From positions 62,001-126,000 of the forward strand of contig JAXLNO010001025.1 of NCBI GenBank assembly GCA_038087875.1: a DNA stretch of 64,000 bases, written 5' to 3'. How positions within the stretch are numbered: position 1 is the first letter of the stretch; every line of letters begins with the position of its first letter. A program made the translations under genes and the position numbers. The notes under the pieces were generated by a model. That model saw only the letters and a program-made list of their open reading frames with translations. It was not told the origin of the DNA and ran no database searches. Source of the stretch: Malacoraja senta. Its lineage: Eukaryota. Positions 37,843 through 49,400 of this stretch are shown here, piece by piece.

Positions 37843-38345
37843 CTGGTTGCATTGTGGCCTGGTTCAGCAACTTGAACGTCCAGGAGCGAAAAAGACTACA
37901 AAAAGTTGTGACCACTGCCCAGTTCACCGCCGGCTTTGACCTCCCCACCGTCAAAGGGATCTATCATAGTCGCTGCCTCAAAAAGGCAGCCAAAATCATC
38001 AAGGACCCACACCATCCTGGCCACACACTCATCTCACCATTGCCATCAGGAAGAAGTTACAGGAGCCTGAAAACTGTAACGTCCAGGTACAGGAACAGCT
38101 TCTTCCCTACAGCCATCAGGCTATTAAACACAACGAATAAGCTCTGAGCTCTGAACCGCAAAAGGCTATATTACTATTTGGTATTTGCACTATTTGTTAT
38201 TTATTGAACTTTTTCTTTTTTTCTCTTCCCCCGTTATGCACTATGTTTACATATTCACATATTCTGTTGTGCTGCAGCAAGTAAGAATTTCCTTGTCCCG
38301 TCCGGGACATATGACAATAAAACACTCTTGACTCTTCTTGACTCC
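37843..38345 (+). mobile_element. Rex1/Babar-like non-LTR 3' fragment
   Basis: GCIVAWF...KDPHHPGHTLISPLPSGRSYRSLKT...NSFFPTAIRLLN; (tcttga)n tail. Confidence 0.78.
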
Positions 38346-38476
38346 AGTCTAGGCCTCTTGGTTATCACTCCCTCAATCACACACTACAACACCTGTCCTT
38401 CAGTGCTAAACTTGCCTGGCCCTGTTTTGTGACGGGGTAAAAGATGTGATGATTAGATTGAATCCCAGCACCGTAC

Positions 38477-38794
38477 CTTGAAAGCTTTTCACTTCCCGGC
38501 TGATACTGGTGTAAGAGGGGGGATGAGACACTGTACAGCCGAAGACTGAGCCTTTCTTCCAATCCTCTGAACTCACAGTCAGGAAGTGGCTGGCACTGAA
38601 AGTCCCCCCCTGCTCCAGAGCAGTCGGTGTAGCGCTGGTGGTGGAGGAGATCGGGGCTCCGTCTTTCTCCCAAGTGACGTTTATGAGGTCCGGGTAGAAA
38701 CCAGAGAGCACACACTCGAGGGTGGCTGTGTGGCTACGCTTGGTCTCTTGGTGAGCTGGAGGCAGCAGTCTGACCTTGGGTCTTTTTGTTTCAA
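38477..38794 (-). CDS. Extra Ig C exon (C4/C3 type), copy b
   Basis: Near-identical to 40525-40842 (4 amino-acid differences), intact splice sites, 318 nt. Confidence 0.9.
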
Positions 38795-38835
38795 CTGGAA
38801 CAGAGGAGCAAAGTAGATGTGAGACCCTCTTCCAC

Positions 38836-39167
38836 AAGGGCCTGTCCCACTTACACGACTTTTTCGGCGACTGCCGGCACTCGTCATAGGTTGTTACAGG
38901 TTGGCGAAAAATTTCAACATGTTGAAAAATCAGCGGCGACCGGCACAAGGTACGACTCTTTGGGCAACTACTCACGACCATACAGGCTTCACCCCACGAC
39001 ATGTCACCAATGTGTCGCCTGTATGGTCGTGAGTCTCCACAAAGAATCGTAGCGTCTCTCTGGTCGCCGCTGGATTTTCAACATGTTGAAAATTTTTGCC
39101 GACCTACAATGACCTATGACGGGTGCCGGCAGTCACCAAAAAAGTCGCGTAAGTGGGACAGGCCCTT
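38836..39167. mobile_element. MITE with about 45-bp TIRs (Harbinger-like); second copy at 40884-41260
   Basis: aagggcctgtcccacttacacgactttttcggcgactgccggcac ... gtgccggcagtcaccaaaaaagtcgcgtaagtgggacaggccctt. Confidence 0.8.
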
Positions 39168-39212
39168 CATGGTAACTAATGTTGGCCGTATCATTGCCGA
39201 TCTCTCGCCCAC

Positions 39213-39515
39213 CTTTGGCACTTTCTGTCCGTGCTGACACTGGTGAGGATGATGGAGATCGTTGGGCAGAGCACACAACCTCCACCCCGCTGGTCCATTC
39301 CTCCACACTGCTCCGGAGTTTACTGCTCACTCTGTCTTGGGTCTTTTCCCTTCTCGGTTGGTGGGTCACAGCCCCTGTTGTTCTCTCCCTTCCGCTCACT
39401 TGCCAGTAGATTTGGACCTGGCTCAGATCAGCACCCATTACCGCGCACTCCACAGTAGCGGTCTTGTTGATCCAAATCTCTTCAGTGGAGGGGTTTTGGA
39501 TAAAGACAGACAATT
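39213..39515 (-). CDS. Extra Ig C exon (C3/C2 type), copy b
   Basis: Near-identical to 41306-41608 (4 amino-acid differences), intact splice sites, 303 nt. Confidence 0.9.
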
Positions 39516-39624
39516 CTGCAGATGAGAAATAGGAAGCTTACAAACCAGACAAGGTCTGGTGTTGTCGTCACCGATCAACTGCACTCTGACAACTTGCATT
39601 CATTTTCCAGACTCACTTTATTGA

Positions 39625-40395
39625 CTTGTGCACAAGGAACAACCTCTCTCTCAATGTCTGCAAAACTAAAGAGATGATCGTGGACTACAGGAGACAGCAG
39701 GGGAGTGGACACCTCCCCATCCATATCGGTGATGCTGAGGTTGAAAGGGTCAGCAGCTTCAAGTTCTTCAGTGTACACATCACTGAGGACCTCTCCTGGA
39801 CACTGCACACGGACACAATAACAAAGAAAGCCCGCCAGTGGCTCTTTTTCCTGAGAAGACTGAGGAAGATTGACATGAACGCCAGCATCCTCACAAACTT
39901 CTACAGATGCACCATCGAGAGCCTGCTGACGGGCTGCATCACAGTCTGGTACGGGAACTGTTCTGCCCACAGCCGCAAATCACTACAGAGTGGTGAAGGC
40001 GGCACAGACACATCACTGGCAACTGTCTCCTGGCCATTCAGGACATTTTCCACTGGCGGTGCCTGTGGAAGGCACACAGCATCATCATGGACCACAGCCA
40101 CCCAGCACACAGACTGTTCTCCTTGTTACCGACAGGCAGACGATACAGGAGCATGGCTGCAAGTACCACCAGACTTAAGAACAGTTTTTATCATCAGGCC
40201 ATCAGGCTAAATACTATATTATTATTTGTTATTTACACTATTTGTTATTTATTGGACTTTTTCTTCTTTTCTCTTCCCCCGTTATGCACTATGTTTACAT
40301 ATTCACATTTTCTGTTGTCCTGCAGCAAGTAAGAATTTCCTTGTCCCGTCTGGGACATATGACAATAAAATACTCTTGACTCTTCTTGACTCTAG
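39625..40395 (+). mobile_element. Rex1/Babar-like non-LTR fragment between the duplicated exon pairs
   Basis: NNLSLNVCKTKEMIVDYRR...FKFFSVHITEDLSW...FYRCTIESLLTGCITVWYG (DUF1891-like). Confidence 0.82.
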
Positions 40396-40524
40396 TCTAG
40401 GCCTCTTGGTTATCACTCCCTCACTCACACACTACAACACCTGTCCTTCAGTGCTAAACTTGCCTGGCCCTATTTTGTGACGGGGTAAAAGATGTGATGA
40501 TTAGAGTGAATCCCAGCACCGTAC

Positions 40525-40842
40525 CTTGAAAGTTTTTCACTTCCCGGCTGATACTGGTGTTCGAGGGGGGATGAGACACTGTACAGCCGAAGACTGAGCC
40601 TTTCTTCCAATCCTCTGAACTCACAGTCAGGAAGTGGCTGGCACTGAAAGTCCCCCCCTGCTCCAGAGCAGTCGGTGTAGCGCTGGTGGTGGAGGAGATC
40701 GGGGCTCCATCTTTCTCCCAAGCGACGTTTATGAGGTCCGGGTAGAAACCAGAGAGCACACACTCGAGGGTGGCTGTGTGGCTACGCTTGGTCTCTTGGT
40801 GAGCTGGAGGCAGCAGTCTGACCTTGGGACTTTTTGTTTCAA
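40525..40842 (-). CDS. Extra Ig C exon (C4/C3 type), copy a
   Basis: Acceptor ctcctctgttccag|, donor |gtacgg, 318 nt. Encodes VETKSPKVRLLPPAHQETKRSHTATLECVLSGFYPD...FGCTVSHPP. Confidence 0.9.
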
Positions 40843-41305
40843 CTGGAACAGAGGAGCAAAGTAGACGTGAGTCCCTCTTTCTCAAGGGCCTCTCCCACTT
40901 ACACGACTTTGTCGGCGACTGCCGGCACTCGTCATAGGTCGTTACAGGTTGGTGAAAAATTTCAACATGTTGAAAAATCAGCGGCGACCGGCACAAGGTA
41001 CGACTCTTTGGGCGACTACTCACGACCATGCAGGCTTCACCCCGCGACATGTCACCAAGGTGTCGCCTGTATGGTCGTGAGTCTCCTCAGTCGCATAAAG
41101 AGTCAGATTCAGATTCAGATTCAGATTCAACTTTATTGTCGTAGCGTTTTTTCTGGTCGCTGCTGAATTTTCAACATGTTGAAAATTTTTGCCGACCTAC
41201 AACGACCTATGACGGGTGCCGGCAGTCACCGAAAAAGTCGCGTAAGTGGGACAGGCCCTTCATGGTAACTAATGTTGGCCGTATCATTGCCGATCTCTCG
41301 CCCAC

Positions 41306-41608
41306 CTTTGGCACTTTCTGTCCGTGCTGACACTGGTGAGGATGATGGAGATCGTTGGGCAGAGCACACAACCTCCACCCCGCTGGTCCATTCCTCCACA
41401 CTGCTCCGGAGTTTACTGCTCACTCTGTCTTGGGTCCTTTCCCCTCTCGGTTGGTGGGTCACAGCCCCTGTTGTTCTCTCCCTTCCACTCACTTGCCAGT
41501 AGATTTGGACCTGGCTCAGATCAGCACCCATTACCACGCACACCACAGTAGCGGTCTTGTTGATCCAAATCTCTTCAGTGGAGGGGTTTTGGATAAAGAC
41601 AGACAATT
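41306..41608 (-). CDS. Extra Ig C exon (C3/C2 type), copy a, downstream of the secretory exon
   Basis: Acceptor tttctcatctgcag|, donor |gtgggc, 303 nt, open frame. Encodes ELSVFIQNPSTEEIWINKTATVVCVV...YWQVSG...SVEEWTSGVEVVCSAQ. Confidence 0.9.
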
Positions 41609-41879
41609 CTGCAGATGAGAAATAGGAAGCTTACAAACCGGACAAGGTCTGGTGTTGTCGTCACCGATCAACTGGACTGACGACTTGCATTCATTTTCCA
41701 GACTCACTTTATTGACGTGTGCACAAAGAGAGCAGCACAGTCCCAGTTACCTGCTGCTCTGAAATTCCACTCAGCATTTATACAGAGTTTGACCCTTGAA
41801 ATTATGCGCACTCTCTAATTTCTAATAATCGAACACAATACATTCTCCACAACACTTATACAAATACAATAACACTAAT

Positions 41880-44630
41880 ACCCTGTCTCACGGTGCGAGT
41901 CCACCCACGAGTGATCCCGAGTGAAAGAAAAAATCAAGCTTGTGGTTGTCTACGAGATTCCAAGTTTATGTTCACGAGTTTAAACGAGTTCCCACGTGTA
42001 TGTCTAAGTTTGCCGTTTACTTCTCATTTCTGCGATGTACCAAGTTCCTCTCCCGAGTTACCAAGTTCCTCTCCCGAGTTACTCTTGAGCCAACAACGAC
42101 TACCGACGTGTGGAAAAATCATCACATGGTAAAAATGATGTCATGCAGTTTTTTTTCACTATAAATAGACACAGCCTGAAGAACGATCTCGACCGGAAAC
42201 TTCACCTATTTCTTTTCTCCAGAGATGCTGCCTGACCAGCTGAGTTAGTCCATCATTTTGTGTCTATTTTTGGTTTAAACTAGTATCTGCAATTCCTTCC
42301 TTCAAACTTTTAGAGCAGTTTGTTTCAAGAAACAATCCTTCCAAAATTGCATTCCAAAGTCCATTTGAACAGCATTTGTTCAAGGTCTGGCATCAATCAT
42401 TGAAAGGCATAGGCTGTTTTGTGTCGGGAGGAACTGCAAATGCTGGTTTACACCGAAGATAGACACAAAATGCTGGAGTAACTCAGCGGGACATGTAGCA
42501 TTTCTGGAGAGAAGGAATGGGTGACGTTTCTGGTCGAGTCCCTTCTTCAGACTGAAAAAACGTTTCGACCCTCCTCTCCAGAGATGCTGCCGGCTTGGCT
42601 GAGTTACTCCAGCTTTTTGTGTCTAGTAAGATTGTTTTATTCCCTTAATTTATCTCTCATCAAAACATTGGTAAACTTCTAACAAAAAGATTAGGTAAAT
42701 TGAACATTAAGGTTATTTTTTCCCCCGACAGCAAGGTCCGTAGACCAGAGGGATAGCAGTGTGTGTCTCTACTCACCCAGTATGTCCGTCAGAGCAGCCG
42801 TCCCATCGTCGCGACTTAAACTGTATAAAAAGCAGCGGCTCAAAACATTGCTGATTGGGCAAATCTGCCCAGAAACCACCCCTTTCACACTCACCCCAGC
42901 CCTGGGAAACAGTTTTCAGAGCCCAACAGTCAACCCAGCCCGCCCGCGAACCTTTGAATGAAAGACAAAGCTCAGATGTTCTCTTCAGCAGTGGTGTCCC
43001 AGAGTTTCCCAGCGCCTGGCCCAAGTTTTAATTTAAACTCAGGTAAACAGAGTTTTTATTAAAAACCCGAATACAATTGTCCCTTAATTGTAAATATGAG
43101 AATGTTTTCCTATATTGTACGATAGACTATCTATCATCCGGTGTAGATACCATAATTTATTGGAAAAATATGAATACACGAACACAGGAGTTAGTTAAAA
43201 ATTGGAGTCATATCCCATCTACATCTCACACTCTCTCGCTGTGTTTCTAAGAAATGTCATTAAGGACTTATGTTATGTGTTTTTGCTGGACTGAAACCAA
43301 CCCATTTACAATGTAAAGTTGTGGGTAACTTTTTAGAATACTTGTGATGTAAAGAACCTGAAATTAATTTATTTTTCAAAACACACAAAAATAACTCTGG
43401 TCTTAATTACCAATGCAGCTTGTGAACTTATTTGCGGGTGCGGCAGCATCTATGGAGCGAAGGAAATAGGCAACATTTCAGGCCGAAACCCTTCTTCAGA
43501 CTGAAGAAGGGTTTCAGCCCGAAACGTTGCCTATTTCCTTCGCTCCATAGATGCTGCCGCACGCGCTGAGTTTCTCCAACACTTTTGTCTACCTTCGATT
43601 TTCCAGCATCTGCAGTTCTTGAACTTGTGAACTTATTTTGTGAACTTCCCCATTGAACGCCTCCTATCTTTGGCAAGCATATTGCACGGGTTAGTACAAA
43701 TACACTTAAAACTCTGAATAGCAACACGCCACGAAGGAGCTTCCAACGATTCATTTATCAAGAAGCTTGATTAACTCAGCGGGACAGACGGCATCTCTGG
43801 AGAGAAGGAATAGGTGACGTTTCGGGTCGAGACCCTTCTTCGGATTAAACCTGCATCTGCAGTTCCTTCCCATTTATAATTTATAACATTTATAAAATTC
43901 CCATTTATAAAATTATAAAATAAAACGTCACATTTACAACATTGTTTTGACCAATTGCTCTCTAACGCGGACAGACTGGGTGGAAAGTGATGCCTGAGAA
44001 AATCCCCTGTATAAACGCATCAGCCTTCAATAACCGATGTTAATTTGTCAGATATAAATCCTGGGACAGGACACCTGTCCCATATATCTGCTTCTCCATA
44101 AAAAGTGCATTAACCTAACAAGGATTCATGGCACCGTTTCAATGTGAAAAGTTAAAGTTCTGAAGGGAACTAATTAACTCTCGCAATGCGGCTTTCCCAA
44201 CACTGCATGGTTCATTCTTTTTGCCACTGTTTTTCAGATCCCCGGTGAGTGCTTTTTGCTCCTCAACAGTGAATTGTTAGATCACTGTAAAATTTTCCAT
44301 TAAGATCTGACTAATCTTCAACATTTCACTTCTGGCACTCAGGCCAAACCCACGAGTTACTCACGAGTCACTACGGGCTACTACGGTATTACAACGAGTT
44401 TGAAAGTTTCACATTTTTCCTTCAAGAGTAAATTTGACTCGTGGAAATCTTTCAACATGTTGAAAAATTTTCACGAGTTAACAAGTTTCTCGAGTACCTA
44501 CCGTTAGTGTTACGAGTCGCTAAGTTACATCCACGAGTTCACGCTACGTTAATTCTACGTGATTACCACGAGTTTGATTTGTTTTTAACTCGGGATCACT
44601 CATGGGTGGACTCGCACCGTGAGACAGGGG
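41880..44630. mobile_element. Harbinger-like MITE halves (41880-42150, 44340-44630) with about 42-bp TIRs and TAA-like flanks, enclosing about 2.2 kb of other sequence
   Basis: ccctgtctcacggtgcgagtccacccacgagtgatcccgagt is inverted at 44587-44629. Confidence 0.7.
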
Positions 44631-44704
44631 TTTAACACAAATAAAACTACATGCTGTTCAATTCTTTATTGGTATTTAATTTTAGTGCACCATAGAAAGC
44701 ATTT

Positions 44705-45160
44705 TATCAGGATGCATCGGCATGGTTTGGGAACAGCTCCATCCAAGAAATATCAGCAAATTGTGGTTGCAGCCCAGATCATCACACAAACTAACCTCCC
44801 TTCCACTGACTCCATTTACTTCTCATGTTGCCTCGGCAAGGCCAGCAGCATTATCAAGGACAAGTCGCACCCTGGCCACTCTCTCTTCTCCCCTCTCCCA
44901 TCAGGCAAAAGGTATAGGTGTGAAAATGCACATCTCCAGATTCAGGAACAGTTTCTTCCCAGCTGTTATCAAGCAACTGAACCATCCCCTCGCCAACTAG
45001 AGCGCAGTCCTGAGCTATCACCTACCTCACTGGAGACCCTCGCACTATGTATAATCGGACATTACCTTGCACAAAACATTATTCCCTGGTGGAATGACTG
45101 GTTAGCATGCAACAAAAAGCATTTTCACTGTACCTCGGTCTACGTGACAATAAACTAAAC
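44705..45160 (+). mobile_element. Rex1/Babar-like non-LTR 3' fragment
   Basis: CLGKASSIIKDKSHPGHSLFSPLPSGKRYR...RFRNSFFPAVI. Confidence 0.75.
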
Positions 45161-46096
45161 TATACAACCCTCGGCCCACACAATGGGCATTTCATCCCCC
45201 ACCCTAGACCATTACTCCTTCCACCATCGACACTTCACGCTGCCTCAGGAAAGCAGCCAACATCATCGAGGAACCCTCACATCCCAGTCATTGTCTCTAC
45301 TCCCCTCTCCAGAAGATACAAGAAGCTTGAAAGCACGTAGCAGCAGATTCAAGAACAGATTTTTCTTTAAGCACCGACAGGCAGATGTTTAATTGTAACA
45401 TTGTAATAGAATAGTTACCAATGATGAGTTGTCTCTTTTATTCAACATCATCCGTGCACACCCACTGAGGACAGAGACTCCTCAAACAACCATCCCCCTT
45501 GTTAGACACAGATGTCATGTGTGGCTCAGTGGTGAGCAATGTCACCTCATGAAAGCTGCTGTCTTTGGGATGAGGCTTTAAGGAGGTGCTTCTCAGGTGG
45601 ATGTCAGCAATGCCACGACATGACCACGAGAGTTCTGCTCAGAGTCCTGAGCTAATATTTATCCTGAAACCAAACAGCTAAACACAGGTGGGCTGTGGGA
45701 GAGCTGGGAAGGGGAGGGGAAAGAGGGAGAAAGCAAGGACTATCTGACGCAGGCGATCTGGCCAGATTTGGTTTGCCGTGTGGGAGCTTGCATCAGGTAC
45801 ATTGTCACAGCTGGGCTAGGAAAGACCATGGTCCAATCAGATCACCTTGTGTCACCCTGACGGTCGCATGGCACAGTGATAATGGAGTTAACGACCAACG
45901 ACCACAATCAATCTCTGTCTTCAACTGGTCCAGGCGTGGGTGTGAGAACTCCCAATGGTGGAAGGTTTTGGACACATTGATCCAACAACACCTATTTCTC
46001 CCAGAATGTGCACACCTCACATCCCAAGCTACCCATGTACTCCCACCCAAAACACACCAGTCAAGGACACGCACACAAAACCTTTTTCACATCACA

Positions 46097-46102
46097 TTTA
46101 TT
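46097..46102 (-). terminator. PolyA signal of the secretory transcript
   Basis: AATAAA on the minus strand about 290 nt after the secretory stop, followed by a GT-rich downstream element (tgtgtgcgtgtcc...ggtgtgttttggg). Confidence 0.75.
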
Positions 46103-46394
46103 GAACTTGTATTGGTACATTGACACATACATAGATTTAATACATCGTGTGATCCCATACATGGTTGAAATCTGTTCAAGCATGGCAGAAAAAGTTCTGT
46201 AAATGTATCCAGAAGCTCAGACTTTTGCGGTGAATCATGGCTGTGGCTTAATTTGTATCTCGTGTGGAATTTTGTTTTTAATGATTTACAAAGGTTCACA
46301 TTTTGATGATGTATTAGGGAACTAACCCATCATCCTCTGGGTCAGTTAACAAATCCAGAAATGAACAAAACAAATGTTTGAGAAATGAATCATG

Positions 46395-46780
46395 TTACAC
46401 ACAAGATTTAAAGCTGTCAGCGAGAACAAGTGAGACATTGACCAGGGTGGGTTTGTTGTGAGATTTATTGATGCTTCTAAATAGGCTGGTTGTGATGGAC
46501 CCGTGTCCCACAACACAGGAGAAGGTGGTGCCACTGTTCCACTCCTCTGGAGAAACCTTCAACTGACTGGTCATGGTGTTCCACCCATTCCTGGTGTCCT
46601 TGGTCACGGGCTGGTTCACGATCCCTGTCTTCAGAAGGGTGTCGTTGGCCATCCAGGCCACATAGATGTCTGCAGGAGAGAATCTGGTGACCAGGCACGT
46701 CAAGGTGGCCGTCTCATCCGTCTCCACCTCATCCAATGAAGGGGGGAGGAGGTAGACTTGAGGACGACTCTCAACTCCAT
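46395..46780 (-). CDS. Terminal Ig C exon (IgW C6 / IgNAR C5 type) with secretory tailpiece
   Basis: Acceptor ctctctgttcccag|. Encodes DGVESRPQVYLLPPSLDEVETDETATLTCLV...FSCVVGH...KSHNKPTLVNVSLVLADSFKSCV-stop. The tailpiece has the N-x-S sequon and penultimate Cys of IgM/IgA/IgW tails. Confidence 0.95.
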
Positions 46781-46974
46781 CTGGGAACAGAGAGAACCTG
46801 AATTAGACTGAATCTGTCAGTAATTCTGTACTTACCCAATACATTCCAATCTTATACTGACATGGACACCGTTTACATCCTGAGGGACCTCAGTTCACCT
46901 AAAACTAAAGGCTGTTCCTTTCTGCTCATTGTAGGGATGTGTGGAAGGGAAATCATGCCTCTGGTGCATTTTAC

Positions 46975-47730
46975 AGGGTGGCATGGTGGCACAGCGGTAG
47001 AATTGCTGCCTCCAATGCCAGAGACATGGGTTTGATCCCAACTATGGGTGGTGCCTGTATGGAGTTTGTACGTGACCGCGTGGGTTTTCTCCAGGTGCTC
47101 AGGTTTCCTCCCACACTCGAAAAACGTACATGTTCTCTGTATGGCGGGACTGTCATATGCTGAGAGAATGGAGTGGCTGGGCTTGTATACTCTGGAATTT
47201 AGAAGGATGAGAGGGAATCTGATCGAAACATAAGATTATTAAGGGTTTGGAAACGTTAGAGGCAGGAAACATGTTCCCGATGTTCGGGGAGTCCAGAACC
47301 AGGGGCCACAGTTTAAGAATTAGGGGTAAGCCATTTTGAACAGAGATGAAACCACTTTTTCACACAGAGAGTTGTGAGTCTGTGGAATTCTCTCCCTCAG
47401 AGGGCTGCGGAGGCCGATTATCTGGATACTTTCAAGAGAGAGCTAGATAGGGCACAAAGATAGCAGAGTCAGAGGATATGGGGAGAAGGCGGGATCGGGG
47501 TACTGATTGGGGATGATCAGCCACGATCACATTGAATGGCGGTGCTGGCTCGAAGGGCCGAATGGCCTACTCCTGCACCTATTGTCTATTGTCTATTGTT
47601 TGCAGGCTAATTGTTTTGGTTTAATTGTAAATTGTCCTTGGTATGTGCTGGGTAGTATTAGTGTGTGGGGATCGCTGGTCGGCCTGGACTTGATGGGCCG
47701 AAGGGCACTATCTCTAAACTAAACTGAACT
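46975..47730 (+). mobile_element. V-SINE (HE1-like) interrupted by a CR1 3' fragment (about 47135-47600)
   Basis: tRNA-like head ggtggcacagcggtagaattgctgcc..., CR1 peptide LGLYTLEFRRMRG, SINE tail gggccgaagggc...ctctaaactaaact. Confidence 0.78.
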
Positions 47731-48164
47731 ATAGCTTCCAGTGAGTTTAAATTGGTTAGTTAATCAACAGGAACCACTGAATACTGAGACTCTACAGAAA
47801 GTGGAACTCAGTCCTTGGACCAGCCTGGTCCTGCGCAGTCTGTTCCATCTCCCCTTCTGCTTAAATGATCTGCTGGACTTTGCCTCAAGCTCCCTGCCCT
47901 TCCAGTCCTGACTCAGTCTGTATCTCGGCTTGTGAAAGCTGCAAATCCCTCTCCCTCGACTCTGTCGAAGCAGCTCACGCTGTGGGAACAAGTGTGGTTT
48001 TGGGTGAGGCTGTCGTGGTGACGGGATTTTAATGATGTGGTTAATCAGCTGAGTTTAATCTTCTTTTGCTCCCTTACACTCTCTGACCATCTGTAAGTCC
48101 ACCCAATATCCATTAGATATCAACTGGAGTTCAGAAAAATGCAAAGGAATCTGAGAGAAACTAT

Positions 48165-49400
48165 TAAATTCTTAACCGGATTGATGAAGGGGAGCCAGTG
48201 GATGTAGTGTATCTAGACTTTCAGAAAGCCTTTGATAAGGTCCCGCACGGGAGACTGGTGACTGAAATTATAGCACATGGTATTGGGTAGGGTGTTGACG
48301 TGGATAGAAAATTGGTTGGCAGACAGGAAGCAAAGAGTAGGAGTGAACAGGTCCTTTTCAGAATGGCAGGCAGTGGCGAGTGGAGTGCCGCAAGGCTCGG
48401 TGTTGGGGCCGCAACTGTTTACATTATATGTTAATGATTTGGAAGAGGGAATTAGGAGCAATACTAGCAAGTTTGCAGATGACACAAAGCTGGGTGGCAG
48501 TGTGAACTGTGAAGAGGATGCTAGGAGGTTGCAAGGTGTCCGGGATAGGTTGAGTGAGTGGGCAGATGCGTGGCAGATGCAGTATAATATAGATAAATGT
48601 GAGGTTATCCACTTTGGTGGCAAAAACAAGGGGGCAGATTATTATCTCAATGGGGTTAGGTTAGGTTAGGTAAGGGGGAAGTACAGCGAGACCTGGGTGT
48701 CCTTGTACACCGGTCACTGAAAGTTAGCGTGCAGATACAGCTGGCAGTGAAGAAAGCTAATGGCCTTCATAACAAGAGGATTTCAGTATGGGAGTAGAGA
48801 GGTTCTTCTGTAGTTGTATAGGGCTCTGGTAAGACCACATCTGGAGTATTGCGTACAGTTTTGGTCTCCTAATTTGTGGAAGGATATCCTTGTCATTGAA
48901 GCAGTGCATCGTAGGTTCACGAGATTGATCCCTGGGATGGCGGGACTGTCATATGAGGAAAGATTGAAAAGACTCGGCTTGTATTCACTGGAGTTTAGAA
49001 GGATGAAGGGCAATCTTATGGAAACATATAAAATTATAAAAGGACTGGACAAGCTAGATGCAGGAAAAAAGTTCCCAATGTTGGGCGAGTCCAGAACCAG
49101 GGGGTCAGTCTTAGAATAAAGGGGAGGCCATTTAAGACTGTGGTGAGAAAAAACATTTCCATCCAGAGAGTTGTGAACTTGTGGAATTCCCTGCCACAGA
49201 GGGCAGTGGAGGCCAAATCACTGGATGGATTTAAGAGAGAGTTAGATAGAGCTCTAGGGGCTAGTGGAATCAAGGGCTATGGGGAGAAGGCAGGCACGGG
49301 TTATTGATTGGGGACGATCAGCCATGATCACAATGAATGGCGGTGCAGGCTCGAAGGGCTGAATGGCCTCCTCCTGCACCTATTTTCTATGTTTCTATGA
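48165..49400 (+). mobile_element. CR1 3' RT fragment
   Basis: DFQKAFD, GVPQGSVLGPQLF, KFADDTKLGG, RPHLEYCVQFWSP, tail ctatgtttctatg. Confidence 0.9.

Larger units (their letters stand above)
38165..41710 (+). repeat. Tandem duplication of the two-exon cassette (about 38165-39635 and about 40210-41710)
   Basis: Exons, introns and the intronic MITE are duplicated at high identity. Confidence 0.93.

Noticed and set aside
41095-41140. (AGATTC)n short array inside the second MITE copy
   Set aside because: It is the 3' tail of a tiny truncated retroelement, not a CRISPR-like or functional array.
45869-45910. CACAGTG heptamer near the secretory 3' end (others at about 16796, 33636 and 61485)
   Set aside because: No ACAAAAACC-like nonamer at 12- or 22/23-nt spacing and no adjacent V, D or J coding sequence, so these are not recombination signals.
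46975-47060. tRNA-like sequence (also about 30165-30245)
   Set aside because: It is the tRNA-derived head of a V-SINE, not a tRNA gene.
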